Origin: an uncultured Gemmatimonadales bacterium
GTDB taxonomy: Bacteria > Gemmatimonadota > Gemmatimonadetes > Gemmatimonadales > GWC2-71-9
NCBI GenBank assembly: GCA_963830455.1
Contig: CAWHMT010000001.1
Location: 179,982-243,981 of the forward strand
Direction of reading: 5' to 3'
DNA length: 64,000 nucleotides
The notes under the pieces are model-generated. The model was not told where the DNA came from. It did no database searches and was given only the letters and a program-made list of their open reading frames with translations. Made by a program: the position numbers and the translations under genes. Shown here in pieces: positions 10,235 through 18,957 of this stretch. Within the stretch, counting starts at the first letter, position 1. Every line of letters starts with the position of its first letter.

Positions 10235-10981
10235 TCATCCCGTCACCGCCGCCATGGTCTCGGCGTCGATGTCGAAGTTGGAAAAGACCTTCGCGACGTC
10301 GTCCATTTCCTCCAGACTTTCGACGAGGTGCAGCAGCCGTTTGGCGTCGCCGCTCTCGACCTTCACCGTGTTCTTGGGCACCATCGCGATCTCGGCGCTC
10401 TGCACCGGGAGCTTCTTGCTCCGCAGCGCCTGGTCGATCGCATGGAGCCGCGCGGGCGGCGTCGTGATCACGTAGATGTCGCCCTCTTTTTGCATGTCGT
10501 CGGCGCCGGCGTCGAGCGCCGCTTCCATCGTGGCATCTTCACTCGCCTTGCCGTCAATCACGATCTGGCCCTTGCGATCGAACATCCAGGCGACGGCGTT
10601 GGTCGCGGCGAGGTTGGCGCCCTGGCGGGTGAACACGTTGCGGATCTCGGCGACGGTGCGGTTGGGATTGTCGGTCGTCGCCTGGATCAGCAGCGCGGCG
10701 CCGCCGGGACCGTATCCTTCATACGTGACCTCTTCGTAGGTCACGCCCTCGAGCTCGCCGGTCCCCTTCTTGATCGCGCGGTCGATGTTGTCGGCCGGCA
10801 TGTTCTCGGCCTTGGCGGCATCGATCGCGGTCCGCAGTCGCGCGTTACCGCCTGGATCCCCGCCGCCCGCCTTCGCGGCGATCGTGATTTCCCGGATCAG
10901 ACGGGTGAACACGGCGCCCCGCTTCTGATCCGTCACGGCTTTTTTGCGTTTGATTTGCTTCCACTTGCTATGACCGGCCAC
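10235..10981 (-). CDS. YebC/PmpR-family DNA-binding transcriptional regulator
   Basis: GTG at 10981 gives (M)AGHSKWKQIKRKKAVTDQKRGAVFTRLIREITIAAKAGGGDP.., the canonical family N-terminus. The ORF-track extension to 11101 runs through repeat DNA. Confidence 0.9.
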   Translation of the reverse strand: MAGHSKWKQIKRKKAVTDQKRGAVFTRLIREITIAAKAGGGDPGGNARLRTAIDAAKAENMPADNIDRAIKKGTGELEGVTYEEVTYEGYGPGGAALLIQATTDNPNRTVAEIRNVFTRQGANLAATNAVAWMFDRKGQIVIDGKASEDATMEAALDAGADDMQKEGDIYVITTPPARLHAIDQALRSKKLPVQSAEIAMVPKNTVKVESGDAKRLLHLVESLEEMDDVAKVFSNFDIDAETMAAVTG

Positions 10982-10992
10982 TGGCGCTCCCC

Positions 10993-11068
10993 GCTTGCAA
11001 CCACTTCCAACTTGGCGTCTGCGCAACTGCTCTTGAGCCTTGTGTCCTTGCAACTTACAACTTGACCC
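10993..11068. repeat. TTGCAACTT/TTGGCGTCTGCGCA repeat copy in the divergent yebC/lipoprotein spacer
   Basis: 10999-11032 AACCACTTCCAACTTGGCGTCTGCGCAACTGCTC matches 32130-32163 at 31/34 positions. Extra TTGCAACTT/ACAACTTG words follow. Confidence 0.7.
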
Positions 11069-11099
11069 GCTAAGCACGCCACAGCTAGCATTCCCGCCC

Positions 11100-11501
11100 A
11101 TGACTCGCGCCGCCTGTCTCGTCCTCCTCTGTGCCGCAGTGTTCGCCTGCGAGCGTCCCGGAAGTCCGGAACAGACGCGCCGGCTCGCCGGCCAGGCGCT
11201 CCAGGGAACGTTGGCCTATCCTCGTTCAACGGTGGTCAGCGTGTCAGCGGGTGAGGAGGCCGCGCAGCTCGTGCTGTCGTCACCCGACTCGGTCGCGGTC
11301 GTCGCGAAGTGGTTCGTGCGCGCCCTCGGATTGAACAATTGGGATGTCCAGCGGAACATGACCGACCAGAACGGTACGGTGACGATTTATGCGGAGCAGA
11401 ACAAGCGGCCGCTCTGGCTGACGTTGCGCCCGAACGTGGGCGGTCCCGGAACGACGTATACGATGGTCGGAGTGATTCCGAAGGACTCCGTGAAGCCTTA
11501 G
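11100..11501 (+). CDS. hypothetical lipoprotein
   Basis: Internal ATG at 11100 gives MTRAACLVLLCAAVFAC-ERPG.. (signal peptide plus lipobox-like VFAC). 133 aa with no recognisable family. 3-prime end overlaps the convergent DnaB_C gene by 4 nt. Confidence 0.6.
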   Translation: MTRAACLVLLCAAVFACERPGSPEQTRRLAGQALQGTLAYPRSTVVSVSAGEEAAQLVLSSPDSVAVVAKWFVRALGLNNWDVQRNMTDQNGTVTIYAEQNKRPLWLTLRPNVGGPGTTYTMVGVIPKDSVKP

Positions 11502-12367
11502 CGGTCAGGGTCCAGCATGTCCTCGAAGCGCATCCACCGCCGATAGAAGTACAAATCCACGAAACCGGTTGGGCCATTGCGGTTCTTCGCGACCATCAGC
11601 TCGGTCGCGCCGTCCACGCCGCCACCGGGCCGATACATCTCTTCGCGGAAAATCGACAGCACCACGTCGGCATGTTGCTTCGGCGCGCCGAGCACGCCGT
11701 AGTCGTCCAGCGTGGGCCGCGGATCGTCGCGCTGCGCGCTGAAGCGCGGCAGCTGCGACACCACCAACAGCGCCACCTGACGCGCGAGCGCGAGCGCTTT
11801 GAGATGGCGCAGCACCAGCGCGGTGTCCTCATCCTGCGTGGTGCGTTCCTGCGGCGAAGGCACGAGCTGGAGATAGTCCACGACGACCAGGCCGACCTGG
11901 CGCAATGAGTCGAGCCGTTCGAAGGCGGATTCAAAGTCTTCACCTGCGAGCGGTAGAAACGAAATCGGCAGTCCCCGCAGCCGCACCGCCGCCCCACCCA
12001 CGCCCGCGCGCGTCTGATCGGTGAGCGTCGCCGCGCGCAGGTCATCCACCGCCACGCGCCCCTCGATGGCGAGCGCGCGTTCCATCAGCCGCTCTTCATT
12101 CATCTCCGCCGACAGGTAGGCGACGCCGAGGGACTGCTGCGCCACGCGCAGCGCGATGCCGAGCGCGAGCGCCGACTTGCCGCTGCCGATGTCGCCGCCC
12201 AGCAGGATCAGATCGCGCCGGCGCAGCCCGCCGCCCAGCAGCCGGTCGAGCGAGCCGAAGCCCGTCGGGATGGTGTCGCCGGTGACTTCGCCGGGACGTT
12301 GCGCATCCACGCGCTCGACGAGGGTGTCGAGCGAGGGTCGTTTTTCGAGCCGGCGGGCTGACGGCAT
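11498..12367 (-). CDS. DnaB-helicase C-terminal (RecA-fold) domain protein lacking the DnaB N-terminal domain
   Basis: 289 aa, IPTGFGSLDRLLGGGLRRRDLILLGGDIGSGKSALALGIA (Walker A), VVVDYLQLV (Walker B), VSQLPRFSAQRDDPRPTLDD, MVAKNRNGPTGFVDLYF. It aligns by eye along the whole DnaB C-domain pattern. Confidence 0.75.
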   Translation of the reverse strand: MPSARRLEKRPSLDTLVERVDAQRPGEVTGDTIPTGFGSLDRLLGGGLRRRDLILLGGDIGSGKSALALGIALRVAQQSLGVAYLSAEMNEERLMERALAIEGRVAVDDLRAATLTDQTRAGVGGAAVRLRGLPISFLPLAGEDFESAFERLDSLRQVGLVVVDYLQLVPSPQERTTQDEDTALVLRHLKALALARQVALLVVSQLPRFSAQRDDPRPTLDDYGVLGAPKQHADVVLSIFREEMYRPGGGVDGATELMVAKNRNGPTGFVDLYFYRRWMRFEDMLDPDR

Positions 12368-12370
12368 AGC

Positions 12371-12739
12371 CTATAGATGCAATTTGGCGCCGCGCGCTGC
12401 AACCGTGACGGCTTCGGCGGCGTCGGCACCCAGCACATCGCGGGCGGGCGCGGTGAGCTGGCTGAGCACCAGCGCCGCGGCGTTGGGCGTCGCGGTCTCG
12501 AGGTGCTGGCGCGCCGCGGCGAGCGCCCGCTTGAGCGGAGCGGGCAGGGCCAGGCTGCCGAGGCGCGTTTCCAGCGCCTGCAACCGGCGGCGGTGGTTCT
12601 TGGCGCTCACGGGGGCGGGCGGCAGCAACGCTTCCGCCGCGCGCACGACGAGCCACAGCGCGAACAGTCCTTCACGCCGCGGGCCACGCGCCGCGTCCGC
12701 GATCAGGTCGACGAGCCGATCCTCGGCCTGCGTCGTCAT
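12371..12739 (-). CDS. hypothetical helical protein
   Basis: 122 aa from the internal ATG at 12739 (ATGA overlap with the GT9 stop), MTTQAEDRLVDLIADAARGPRREGLFALWLVVRAAEALL... It ends 3 nt before the DnaB_C start. No family recognised. Confidence 0.5.
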   Translation of the reverse strand: MTTQAEDRLVDLIADAARGPRREGLFALWLVVRAAEALLPPAPVSAKNHRRRLQALETRLGSLALPAPLKRALAAARQHLETATPNAAALVLSQLTAPARDVLGADAAEAVTVAARGAKLHL

Positions 12740-13731
12740 GCCACGAGTCGCTGCACGGCAGCCGCGACCTGATCGGGCAGGATGTCGGCGAGACAGCGAT
12801 GGTGGCCGAGCGGGCACCGCGCGGTGCCCATCGCCGAGCAGGGGCGGCAGGACAGATCGCGCTCCAACACGACGGCGCGCTTGGTGTAGGGATAGAATCC
12901 GAATGGCTCTACGGTGGGGCCGAACAGTGCCACCACGCGCGTCCCCACGCCCGTCGCCATGTGCATGACGCCGGTATCGCCCGAGATCGCGACCGCCGCG
13001 CGCGCCAGACACGCGCCGGTCTCCTGCAGGCTGAATTCGCCGGCGGCATTCACGACGCCTGGTCCGAGCGCTTCACCGAGTTCGCGATCCTGCGGCCCGC
13101 CCACCGCCACGATTCCGAAACCGAGCTGCTGCAGTCGGTCCGCGAGCGCGCGCCAGTGTGCCGTGGGCCAGCGCTTGGTGGCGTGCGCCGCTCCGGGCGC
13201 GAGCGCGGCGAACGGCTTCCGATCGAGACCCACGGCGGTGAGCCAGTGCGTCATGTGTGCGCGCGCCGCGGGCGCGAGAAAGAACTCGGGCGGTCCGCCG
13301 TCGGGTTGCACGTCGAGTCCGGCCGCGTTCGCCGCTTCGAAATAGCGCTCGGCCACGGGCACGTGCTTGCCGTAGAGGTTGATCTTGGTCGAGATCAGCG
13401 TGGTGCGCGCGAGCTTGCGCTTGGAGTATCCGGCCCAGCGCGACGGCACGAGCCAGCGCAGCGCCGTGCTGCGCAGGCTGCCGTGCAGGTCGAGTCCGTG
13501 CGTCGGACCCAGGGCTCGCAACCGGTGCGCGAAATCGGTGATCCGTTCCTCCGGGCCGAGCGCCAGCACGTTCGTGAGGTGCGGGTTTTCGACGACGAGC
13601 GGCGCGAACGCGCGCTTGGTGACGAAGTACAGCTCGGCTTCGGGGTGGCGGCGATGCAGGGCGCGCACGAGGGGAGTGGTCAGGAGCACATCGCCGATGG
13701 AGCTGAATCGCACGCACAGGATACGCAACAC
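12736..13731 (-). CDS. glycosyltransferase family 9 (heptosyltransferase-like)
   Basis: GTG at 13731 gives (M)LRILCVRFSSIGDVLLTTPLVRALHRRHPEAELYFVTK.. and ..ISGDTGVMHMATGVGTRVVALFGPT. This is the 3-prime third of the 884-aa track ORF, whose remainder is antisense shadow. Confidence 0.85.
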   Translation of the reverse strand: MLRILCVRFSSIGDVLLTTPLVRALHRRHPEAELYFVTKRAFAPLVVENPHLTNVLALGPEERITDFAHRLRALGPTHGLDLHGSLRSTALRWLVPSRWAGYSKRKLARTTLISTKINLYGKHVPVAERYFEAANAAGLDVQPDGGPPEFFLAPAARAHMTHWLTAVGLDRKPFAALAPGAAHATKRWPTAHWRALADRLQQLGFGIVAVGGPQDRELGEALGPGVVNAAGEFSLQETGACLARAAVAISGDTGVMHMATGVGTRVVALFGPTVEPFGFYPYTKRAVVLERDLSCRPCSAMGTARCPLGHHRCLADILPDQVAAAVQRLVA

Positions 13732-13791
13732 GCGGGCGAATCTAGTCGCGCGTTGCCCGGCTTCGCCAGCGGGACTAGCTTCTCTCGCAAG

Positions 13792-15363
13792 ATGCCGCGC
13801 CCCAAAAGTATTCTCTGGGTCGACGACGAAGTCGACGGACTCGCCGCGCATCGCCGCTTTCTCGAGGAGCAGGGATTCGCGGTGGCGCAGGCGGCGCACG
13901 GCGACGACGCGCTCGCGATGCTGCGCCGCCAGCCGTACAGCGTCGTGCTGCTCGACGAGCAGATGCCCGGCCGCCGCGGCATCGAGCTGATCCCCGAGAT
14001 CCGCGCGATCGATCCCGCGATGGCCGTCGTCATGGTGACGCAGAGCGAAGACGACGGCTTGCTGCGCGACGCGATCGGGATCGAGATCGACGATTACCTC
14101 GTCAAGCCGGTGCACCCGCGTCAGGTGCTGTCGGTCGTCACGCGGCTGCTCGAAGGCGACCGCATCCGCCAGCAGCGGCTGGCGCGCGACTTCGTCACGC
14201 GCTTCCGCGAGCTCGAGGGACGTCGCGGCGCCACGCTGGCCTGGCGCGAGTGGAGCGAGCTGGTCGCCGAGCTGGCGCGCTGGGAAGTGCGGCTCGCCGC
14301 GGGGGGCGAGCCCGGACTCTCGGAGGCACTGCGCAACCTGCAAGAAAGTCTGCGGAAGGACTTCCAGGTCTTCGTCACCAAGCATTATCCCCGGTGGCTC
14401 GCCGATCCCGAGCGCGACCGCCCGCCGCTCTCGGTGGACGTGGGCGCCGAATTCCTCGTGCCCGCGCTCAAGCGCACTGGCCGCGTCGTCTTCATCGTGA
14501 TCGATTGCCTGCGGCTCGACCAGTGGGAGGTGCTGCGCGATCTCATCACGCCGCTGTTCGACGTCGAGGAGTCGCATTACTACAGCATCCTGCCGACGGC
14601 GACGCCGTTCTCGCGCAACGCGATCTTCAGCGGGCTGTTTCCCATGGAAATCGCCGCCCGCCATCCGGAGTGGTGGGGCGCGCCGAGCGACGAGGAGAGC
14701 CTCAACGCGCACGAGGCCGAGCTGCTGGTGGAGCAGCTGCGGGAGCTGGTCGGCGAACCGGTGCCCGTGCGCTACGAAAAGCTGTTCACGGCCGCCGACG
14801 GCACCGATCTGTTGCGGCGTCTCCCCGCCCACCTCGCGCAGCCGGGCGTCACGGCGCTGGTGTTCAATTTCATCGATCAGCTCACCCACGGCCGGTCCGA
14901 GAACGCGATCCTGTACGAGGTGGCGCGCGACGCGGACGCGCTGCGCGGGCTGACCCGGACCTGGTTCGAGCGCTCGCCGGTGCTCGCCGCCCTGCAGGAA
15001 GCCGAGCGCCGCAACGTCCCGGTGCTGCTCACGACCGACCACGGCTCGATCCACTGCCAGACCCCCGCGACCGTGTTCGCCAAGCGCGACGCGACCGCGA
15101 ACCTGCGGTACAAGTTCGGCGAAGATCTCCGCGCCGAAGATCCCGAGGCCGCGATCATGGTCGAAGACCTCAAGGCGTACGGGCTGCCCGCCAAGGGTCT
15201 CGGCGTGCGGCTGCTGCTGGCGACCGGTGATCGGTTCTTCGTGTATCCGACGAAGCTGCGCGAGTACCAGGCGCGCTATCGCGGCGCGTTTTTGCACGGC
15301 GGCGCGACGCCCGAGGAAATGATCCTGCCGGTCGCGTTGCTTACGCCCCGCCGGAATCGATAG
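13792..15363 (+). CDS. response regulator with C-terminal PglZ (alkaline-phosphatase superfamily) domain, PorX-like
   Basis: ATG at 13792 gives MPRPKSILWVDDEVDGLAAHRRFLEEQGFAV..VLLDEQMPGRRG (REC domain), then VFIVIDCLRLDQWE, PTATPFSRNAIFSG, LLTTDHGS (PglZ-type motifs). 523 aa. The upstream part of the 854-aa track ORF is shadow. Confidence 0.8.
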   Translation: MPRPKSILWVDDEVDGLAAHRRFLEEQGFAVAQAAHGDDALAMLRRQPYSVVLLDEQMPGRRGIELIPEIRAIDPAMAVVMVTQSEDDGLLRDAIGIEIDDYLVKPVHPRQVLSVVTRLLEGDRIRQQRLARDFVTRFRELEGRRGATLAWREWSELVAELARWEVRLAAGGEPGLSEALRNLQESLRKDFQVFVTKHYPRWLADPERDRPPLSVDVGAEFLVPALKRTGRVVFIVIDCLRLDQWEVLRDLITPLFDVEESHYYSILPTATPFSRNAIFSGLFPMEIAARHPEWWGAPSDEESLNAHEAELLVEQLRELVGEPVPVRYEKLFTAADGTDLLRRLPAHLAQPGVTALVFNFIDQLTHGRSENAILYEVARDADALRGLTRTWFERSPVLAALQEAERRNVPVLLTTDHGSIHCQTPATVFAKRDATANLRYKFGEDLRAEDPEAAIMVEDLKAYGLPAKGLGVRLLLATGDRFFVYPTKLREYQARYRGAFLHGGATPEEMILPVALLTPRRNR

Positions 15364-17165
15364 TGCGTCGCAGCGCACGGCTGCTCTCACTGCTGGGCCC
15401 GTACACGTGGCTGTTCGTCGCGACCATCGCGGCGACGGTGATCTCGTCCGTGCTCGACGGGTTCACGTTCGTGCTGCTGATCCCGTTCCTGCGCACGCTG
15501 TTCGGCGACGCGGCGTTGCCGGCGGACGGCGGCTCCCAGGTCGAGGCGGTGCTCCACAAGATCGCGGGGCCGTTCCTGCAGGCGGGCGCGCCCGAGATCG
15601 CCCTGCGCAACGTCGTGATCGTGCTCCTCGCCGCGTTGCTGCTCAAGAACGCGACCGGCTATCTCGCATCCATCGGCAGCGTGGGGATCCAGGAAGGCGT
15701 GGTCCGCGATCTGCGCGTGCGGCTGTTCCGCCATTTGCAGACGCTGCCGCTCGGCTACTTCCAGCGCACCCGCGCCGGCCAGATCGTCGCCCGCATCATC
15801 AGCGACACCGATCAGGTGAAGACCGCCGTCAGCGCGGCGCTGGCCTCGCTGCTGCAGAACATCGTCGTCATCATCGTCTACGTCGTGATTCTGTTCGGCC
15901 TCTCGGTGCGACTCGCCTTGCTGTCGCTGCTGCTCGCCCCCGTGCTGGTGCTCATCATCCGGCCGATGATCAACCGGCTGCGCCGGCGCTCGCGCGAAGT
16001 CGCGGCGGAGCGCGGTGAAGTGACCAGCCACGTGGGCGAGATGATCGCGTCGGCCAAGCTGGTGCGCGCCTATGTCGCCGAAGCGTTCGAGCTGGAGCGC
16101 TTCCGCCAGCTCACCGAGCGCTACCGCAGGCGCGTGATGCGCGCGCAGAAGTATTCGAGCCTCACGAGCCCGGTGAGCGAGGTGTTCGGCGGGGTGATGT
16201 TGGTGCTCATCCTGGTCGTGGGCACGCGCCTGGCAATCGGCGCGGCCGCGACGCTCGATCCCGCCGTCCTGATCACGTTCCTCGCCGTGAGCCTGCGGCT
16301 GATGTCGCCCATCAAATCGGTGTCGAACTATCCCGCGGTGATGGCCGGCGCGACGGCATCCGCGGAGCGCGTGTTCGAGGTGCTCGACCTGCCGCCGGCC
16401 GAGGGCGACAGGCCCGGCGAGACGACGGCGGAGTTCAGCGAGCGCATCGAATACCGGGGCGTGTCGTTCGAGTACGAAGCGGGTGAGGCGGTGCTGCGCA
16501 ACGTGGACCTGGACGTGCGGCGCGGGCAGGTCGTCGCGATCGTTGGCCCCTCGGGCGCCGGCAAGACCACGCTGGTCGATCTGCTGCCGCGCTTCTACGA
16601 GCCGACGCACGGCGAGATCTTCATGGACGGCGTGCCGCTGACGAATTACACGCGCACGTCGCTGCGGCGGCTCATGGGCATCGTGTCGCAGGAGACGGTG
16701 CTGCTCAATGACACCGTGCTCGCCAACATCGCCTACGGCCGCACCGACTTCACGCTCGAGCAGGTTCGCGCCGCCGCGCGCGCGGCGAACGCCGACGATT
16801 TTCTCATGCGCCTCCCCGACGGCTACAACACCGTGCTCGGCGAGCGCGGCACCAGGCTGAGCGGAGGTCAGCGCCAGCGCATCGCCATCGCGCGCGCGTT
16901 GCTGCGCGATCCACCGATTCTGATTCTCGATGAGGCGACGAGCGCGCTCGATACCGAGTCGGAGCGCCTGGTGCAGGAAGCGATCGAACGGCTCATGGCG
17001 AACCGCACGGTGTTCGTGATCGCGCATCGCCTGGCGACCGTGCAGCACGCGGACTTCATCGTCGTCCTGGCCGAGGGCCGCATCGTGGAGCGGGGCTCGC
17101 ACGGCGATCTGCTGTCGGCCGACGGGCTGTACCGCCGGCTCTATAACCTCCAATTCAGGACATGA
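15363..17165 (+). CDS. ABC transporter, fused permease/ATPase, MsbA-like exporter
   Basis: 600 aa with six predicted TM segments, then Walker A GPSGAGKTT, signature LSGGQRQRIAIARA and Walker B ILILDEATS. Confidence 0.9.
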   Translation: MRRSARLLSLLGPYTWLFVATIAATVISSVLDGFTFVLLIPFLRTLFGDAALPADGGSQVEAVLHKIAGPFLQAGAPEIALRNVVIVLLAALLLKNATGYLASIGSVGIQEGVVRDLRVRLFRHLQTLPLGYFQRTRAGQIVARIISDTDQVKTAVSAALASLLQNIVVIIVYVVILFGLSVRLALLSLLLAPVLVLIIRPMINRLRRRSREVAAERGEVTSHVGEMIASAKLVRAYVAEAFELERFRQLTERYRRRVMRAQKYSSLTSPVSEVFGGVMLVLILVVGTRLAIGAAATLDPAVLITFLAVSLRLMSPIKSVSNYPAVMAGATASAERVFEVLDLPPAEGDRPGETTAEFSERIEYRGVSFEYEAGEAVLRNVDLDVRRGQVVAIVGPSGAGKTTLVDLLPRFYEPTHGEIFMDGVPLTNYTRTSLRRLMGIVSQETVLLNDTVLANIAYGRTDFTLEQVRAAARAANADDFLMRLPDGYNTVLGERGTRLSGGQRQRIAIARALLRDPPILILDEATSALDTESERLVQEAIERLMANRTVFVIAHRLATVQHADFIVVLAEGRIVERGSHGDLLSADGLYRRLYNLQFRT

Positions 17166-18028
17166 TGCTTTCCGGATTCACGCTGGTCCGCAACGCCGTC
17201 AAGCTCGACTTCCCCATCGTCCCCGCGATCCGGTCGGTGCTCGAGGTCTGCGACGAGGTGGTGGTGAACGTCGGCAAGTCGGAGGACGAGACGCGCGACC
17301 TCGTCGCCTCCGTCAATGATCCGCGTGTGCGCATTCTCGATACCGAGTGGGACTTCACCAAGAAAAACATCATGCTGTCCATCGAGACGCAGCGGGCGAT
17401 GGACGCGTGCCGGGGGTCGTGGGGGATCTACATCCAGGCCGATGAGGTGCTGCACGAGCGCGGCGCGCGCATTCTCAAGGAAAGGGTTGCCGAGTGGGAC
17501 TCCGACCAGCGGGTCGAAGGCCTGTTGGTGAAGTACCTCCATTTCTACGGCGGCTTCGATCAGATCGCCACCAGCCGCCGCTGGTACCGGCGCGAAGTGC
17601 GCTGCATCCGCCTAGGCAAGGACATCCGGCCCTATCAGGGGGCGCAAGGCTTTCGAGTCGGGCCCGAGTACCGGAAGACTCAGGCGCGTGTGACCGACGC
17701 CGAGATGTTTCACTACGGCTGGGCGCGTCCCGCCAAGGCGATCAAAGCAAAGCTCGAGATCTCCAAGACGATCTACCCGTGGGGCGGGAACCGCTTCGAC
17801 AAGGAGCAGGCGCGAGGATTCCTCGAGTGGATTCCGCTGCTTAAGCCGTTCACCGGCACGCACCCCGCCGCCGCGCGCGAGTGGATCGCCGAGCGCGCCC
17901 ACGACCCCGAGCGCGTCATCGGTCCCATGCGTCTCAAGCCGGAGCATGTGCGCTTCTACATCTCGGATTGGATCGAGCGGTTGACCGGCGCGCGCGTGTT
18001 CGAGTTCCGAAACTACGAGCTCGTGTAG
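17162..18028 (+). CDS. glycosyltransferase (GT2-like)
   Basis: 288 aa, MMLSGFTLVRNAVKLDFPIVPAIRSVLEVCDEVVVNVGKSEDETRD... ATGA overlap with the ABC gene stop. The family call is from N-terminal pattern memory only. Confidence 0.65.
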   Translation: MMLSGFTLVRNAVKLDFPIVPAIRSVLEVCDEVVVNVGKSEDETRDLVASVNDPRVRILDTEWDFTKKNIMLSIETQRAMDACRGSWGIYIQADEVLHERGARILKERVAEWDSDQRVEGLLVKYLHFYGGFDQIATSRRWYRREVRCIRLGKDIRPYQGAQGFRVGPEYRKTQARVTDAEMFHYGWARPAKAIKAKLEISKTIYPWGGNRFDKEQARGFLEWIPLLKPFTGTHPAAAREWIAERAHDPERVIGPMRLKPEHVRFYISDWIERLTGARVFEFRNYELV

Positions 18029-18957
18029 TCCCAGGGGGTGAGGCCGTCGGGCAGGCGCCCGTCGCGCAACAATCCCTCATACATCCGCACATAGTCGCGC
18101 GCCATTCGAACGTGCGTGAAGTAACGCTCGGCACGGCGGCGGCACGCGTGCGGATCGAAGTCGGCGAGCCGGCGCCGAATCGCCAGCAAGTCGTCGAGCG
18201 TCTCGCCCACACCGCCGACGTCGGGGCTAACCAGCTCCGGTAATGCGCCGCGCCGCGTGGCGAGGACGGGCGTTCCGCTCGCGAGCGCTTCCACGACGTT
18301 GAGCCCGAACGGCTCCTCCCACTGCACCGGCATCCAGAGACAGCGCGCACCGGCGAGCAGCTCCCGCTTCTCCGGGCCGCCGATTTTTCCCGCAAAGCGC
18401 ACCCAGCGCGACAGGCTCGGCCGCCAACCGCCAGCGACGACGAGGCGGAAGCGGCCGCGCTTGGCCGCGCGCACGGCGACTCGCCAGCCCTTGGCCGAAT
18501 GCAAGCGGGCAAGAAAGAGATCGAAGTCGGATTTTTGTGCGCGAAACTCGTATTCGTCGAGCCGCACGCCGTTGTAGACATAGGATTTGGTGCTGTGGCG
18601 GATGGCGTGGTTCTCGCTGACACAGATCACGTAGGATGGCGCAACAGCGCCGGGGCCGAGATTGCCGTGCAGCGTCGCGACGTACGGCAGGTTGGGCGGG
18701 TGCTCGACGAGGCCGTGATAATGCATCACGTCGACGTGTCCCGGCACGTATTTGTGCACGTCGAAGCCCGGCCGCCGCACTTCCTCTGCGTCCATTTCCA
18801 CCACGCGCACGCCCGGCACGCTCGACCCGCGTCCCGCGAGCAGCGTGACGTGGTGCCCCAGCTCGACCAGCGCCTGGCAGAGCCACACGACGATCCGCTG
18901 CGCGCCGCCGTACTTCTCCACCGGCACGCGCGTGTGCTGGAATTGAACGATGTGCAT
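18013..18957 (-). CDS. glycosyltransferase family 4 (tandem paralog A1)
   Basis: 314 aa, ..LLAGARCLWMPVQWEEPFGLNVVEALASGTPVLATRRGALPELV (GT4 E-x7-E region). About half the positions are identical to the next gene. Confidence 0.85.
   Translation of the reverse strand: MHIVQFQHTRVPVEKYGGAQRIVVWLCQALVELGHHVTLLAGRGSSVPGVRVVEMDAEEVRRPGFDVHKYVPGHVDVMHYHGLVEHPPNLPYVATLHGNLGPGAVAPSYVICVSENHAIRHSTKSYVYNGVRLDEYEFRAQKSDFDLFLARLHSAKGWRVAVRAAKRGRFRLVVAGGWRPSLSRWVRFAGKIGGPEKRELLAGARCLWMPVQWEEPFGLNVVEALASGTPVLATRRGALPELVSPDVGGVGETLDDLLAIRRRLADFDPHACRRRAERYFTHVRMARDYVRMYEGLLRDGRLPDGLTPWDYTSS

Noticed and set aside
12736-15390. Two overlapping antisense ORFs longer than 850 aa (minus 12736-15390, plus 12799-15363) that could look like a giant gene pair.
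   Set aside because: Each is a chimera. Only the minus-strand 3-prime third (GT9, 12736-13731) and the plus-strand part from 13792 (REC-PglZ) have recognisable protein motifs. The remainders are Arg/Ala/Gly/Pro-rich shadow frames typical of high-GC DNA.
15387-17153. Long antisense ORFs opposite real genes. Examples are 15387-17153, 19881-21119, 21794-22894, 29834-31993, 36008-37258, 51881-53803 and 56120-57934.
   Set aside because: Their translations are low-complexity (R, A, G, P, H, D rich) with no family motifs. The opposite strand encodes clear ABC, GT4, PBP1A, ArgG, GMC and SusC proteins.
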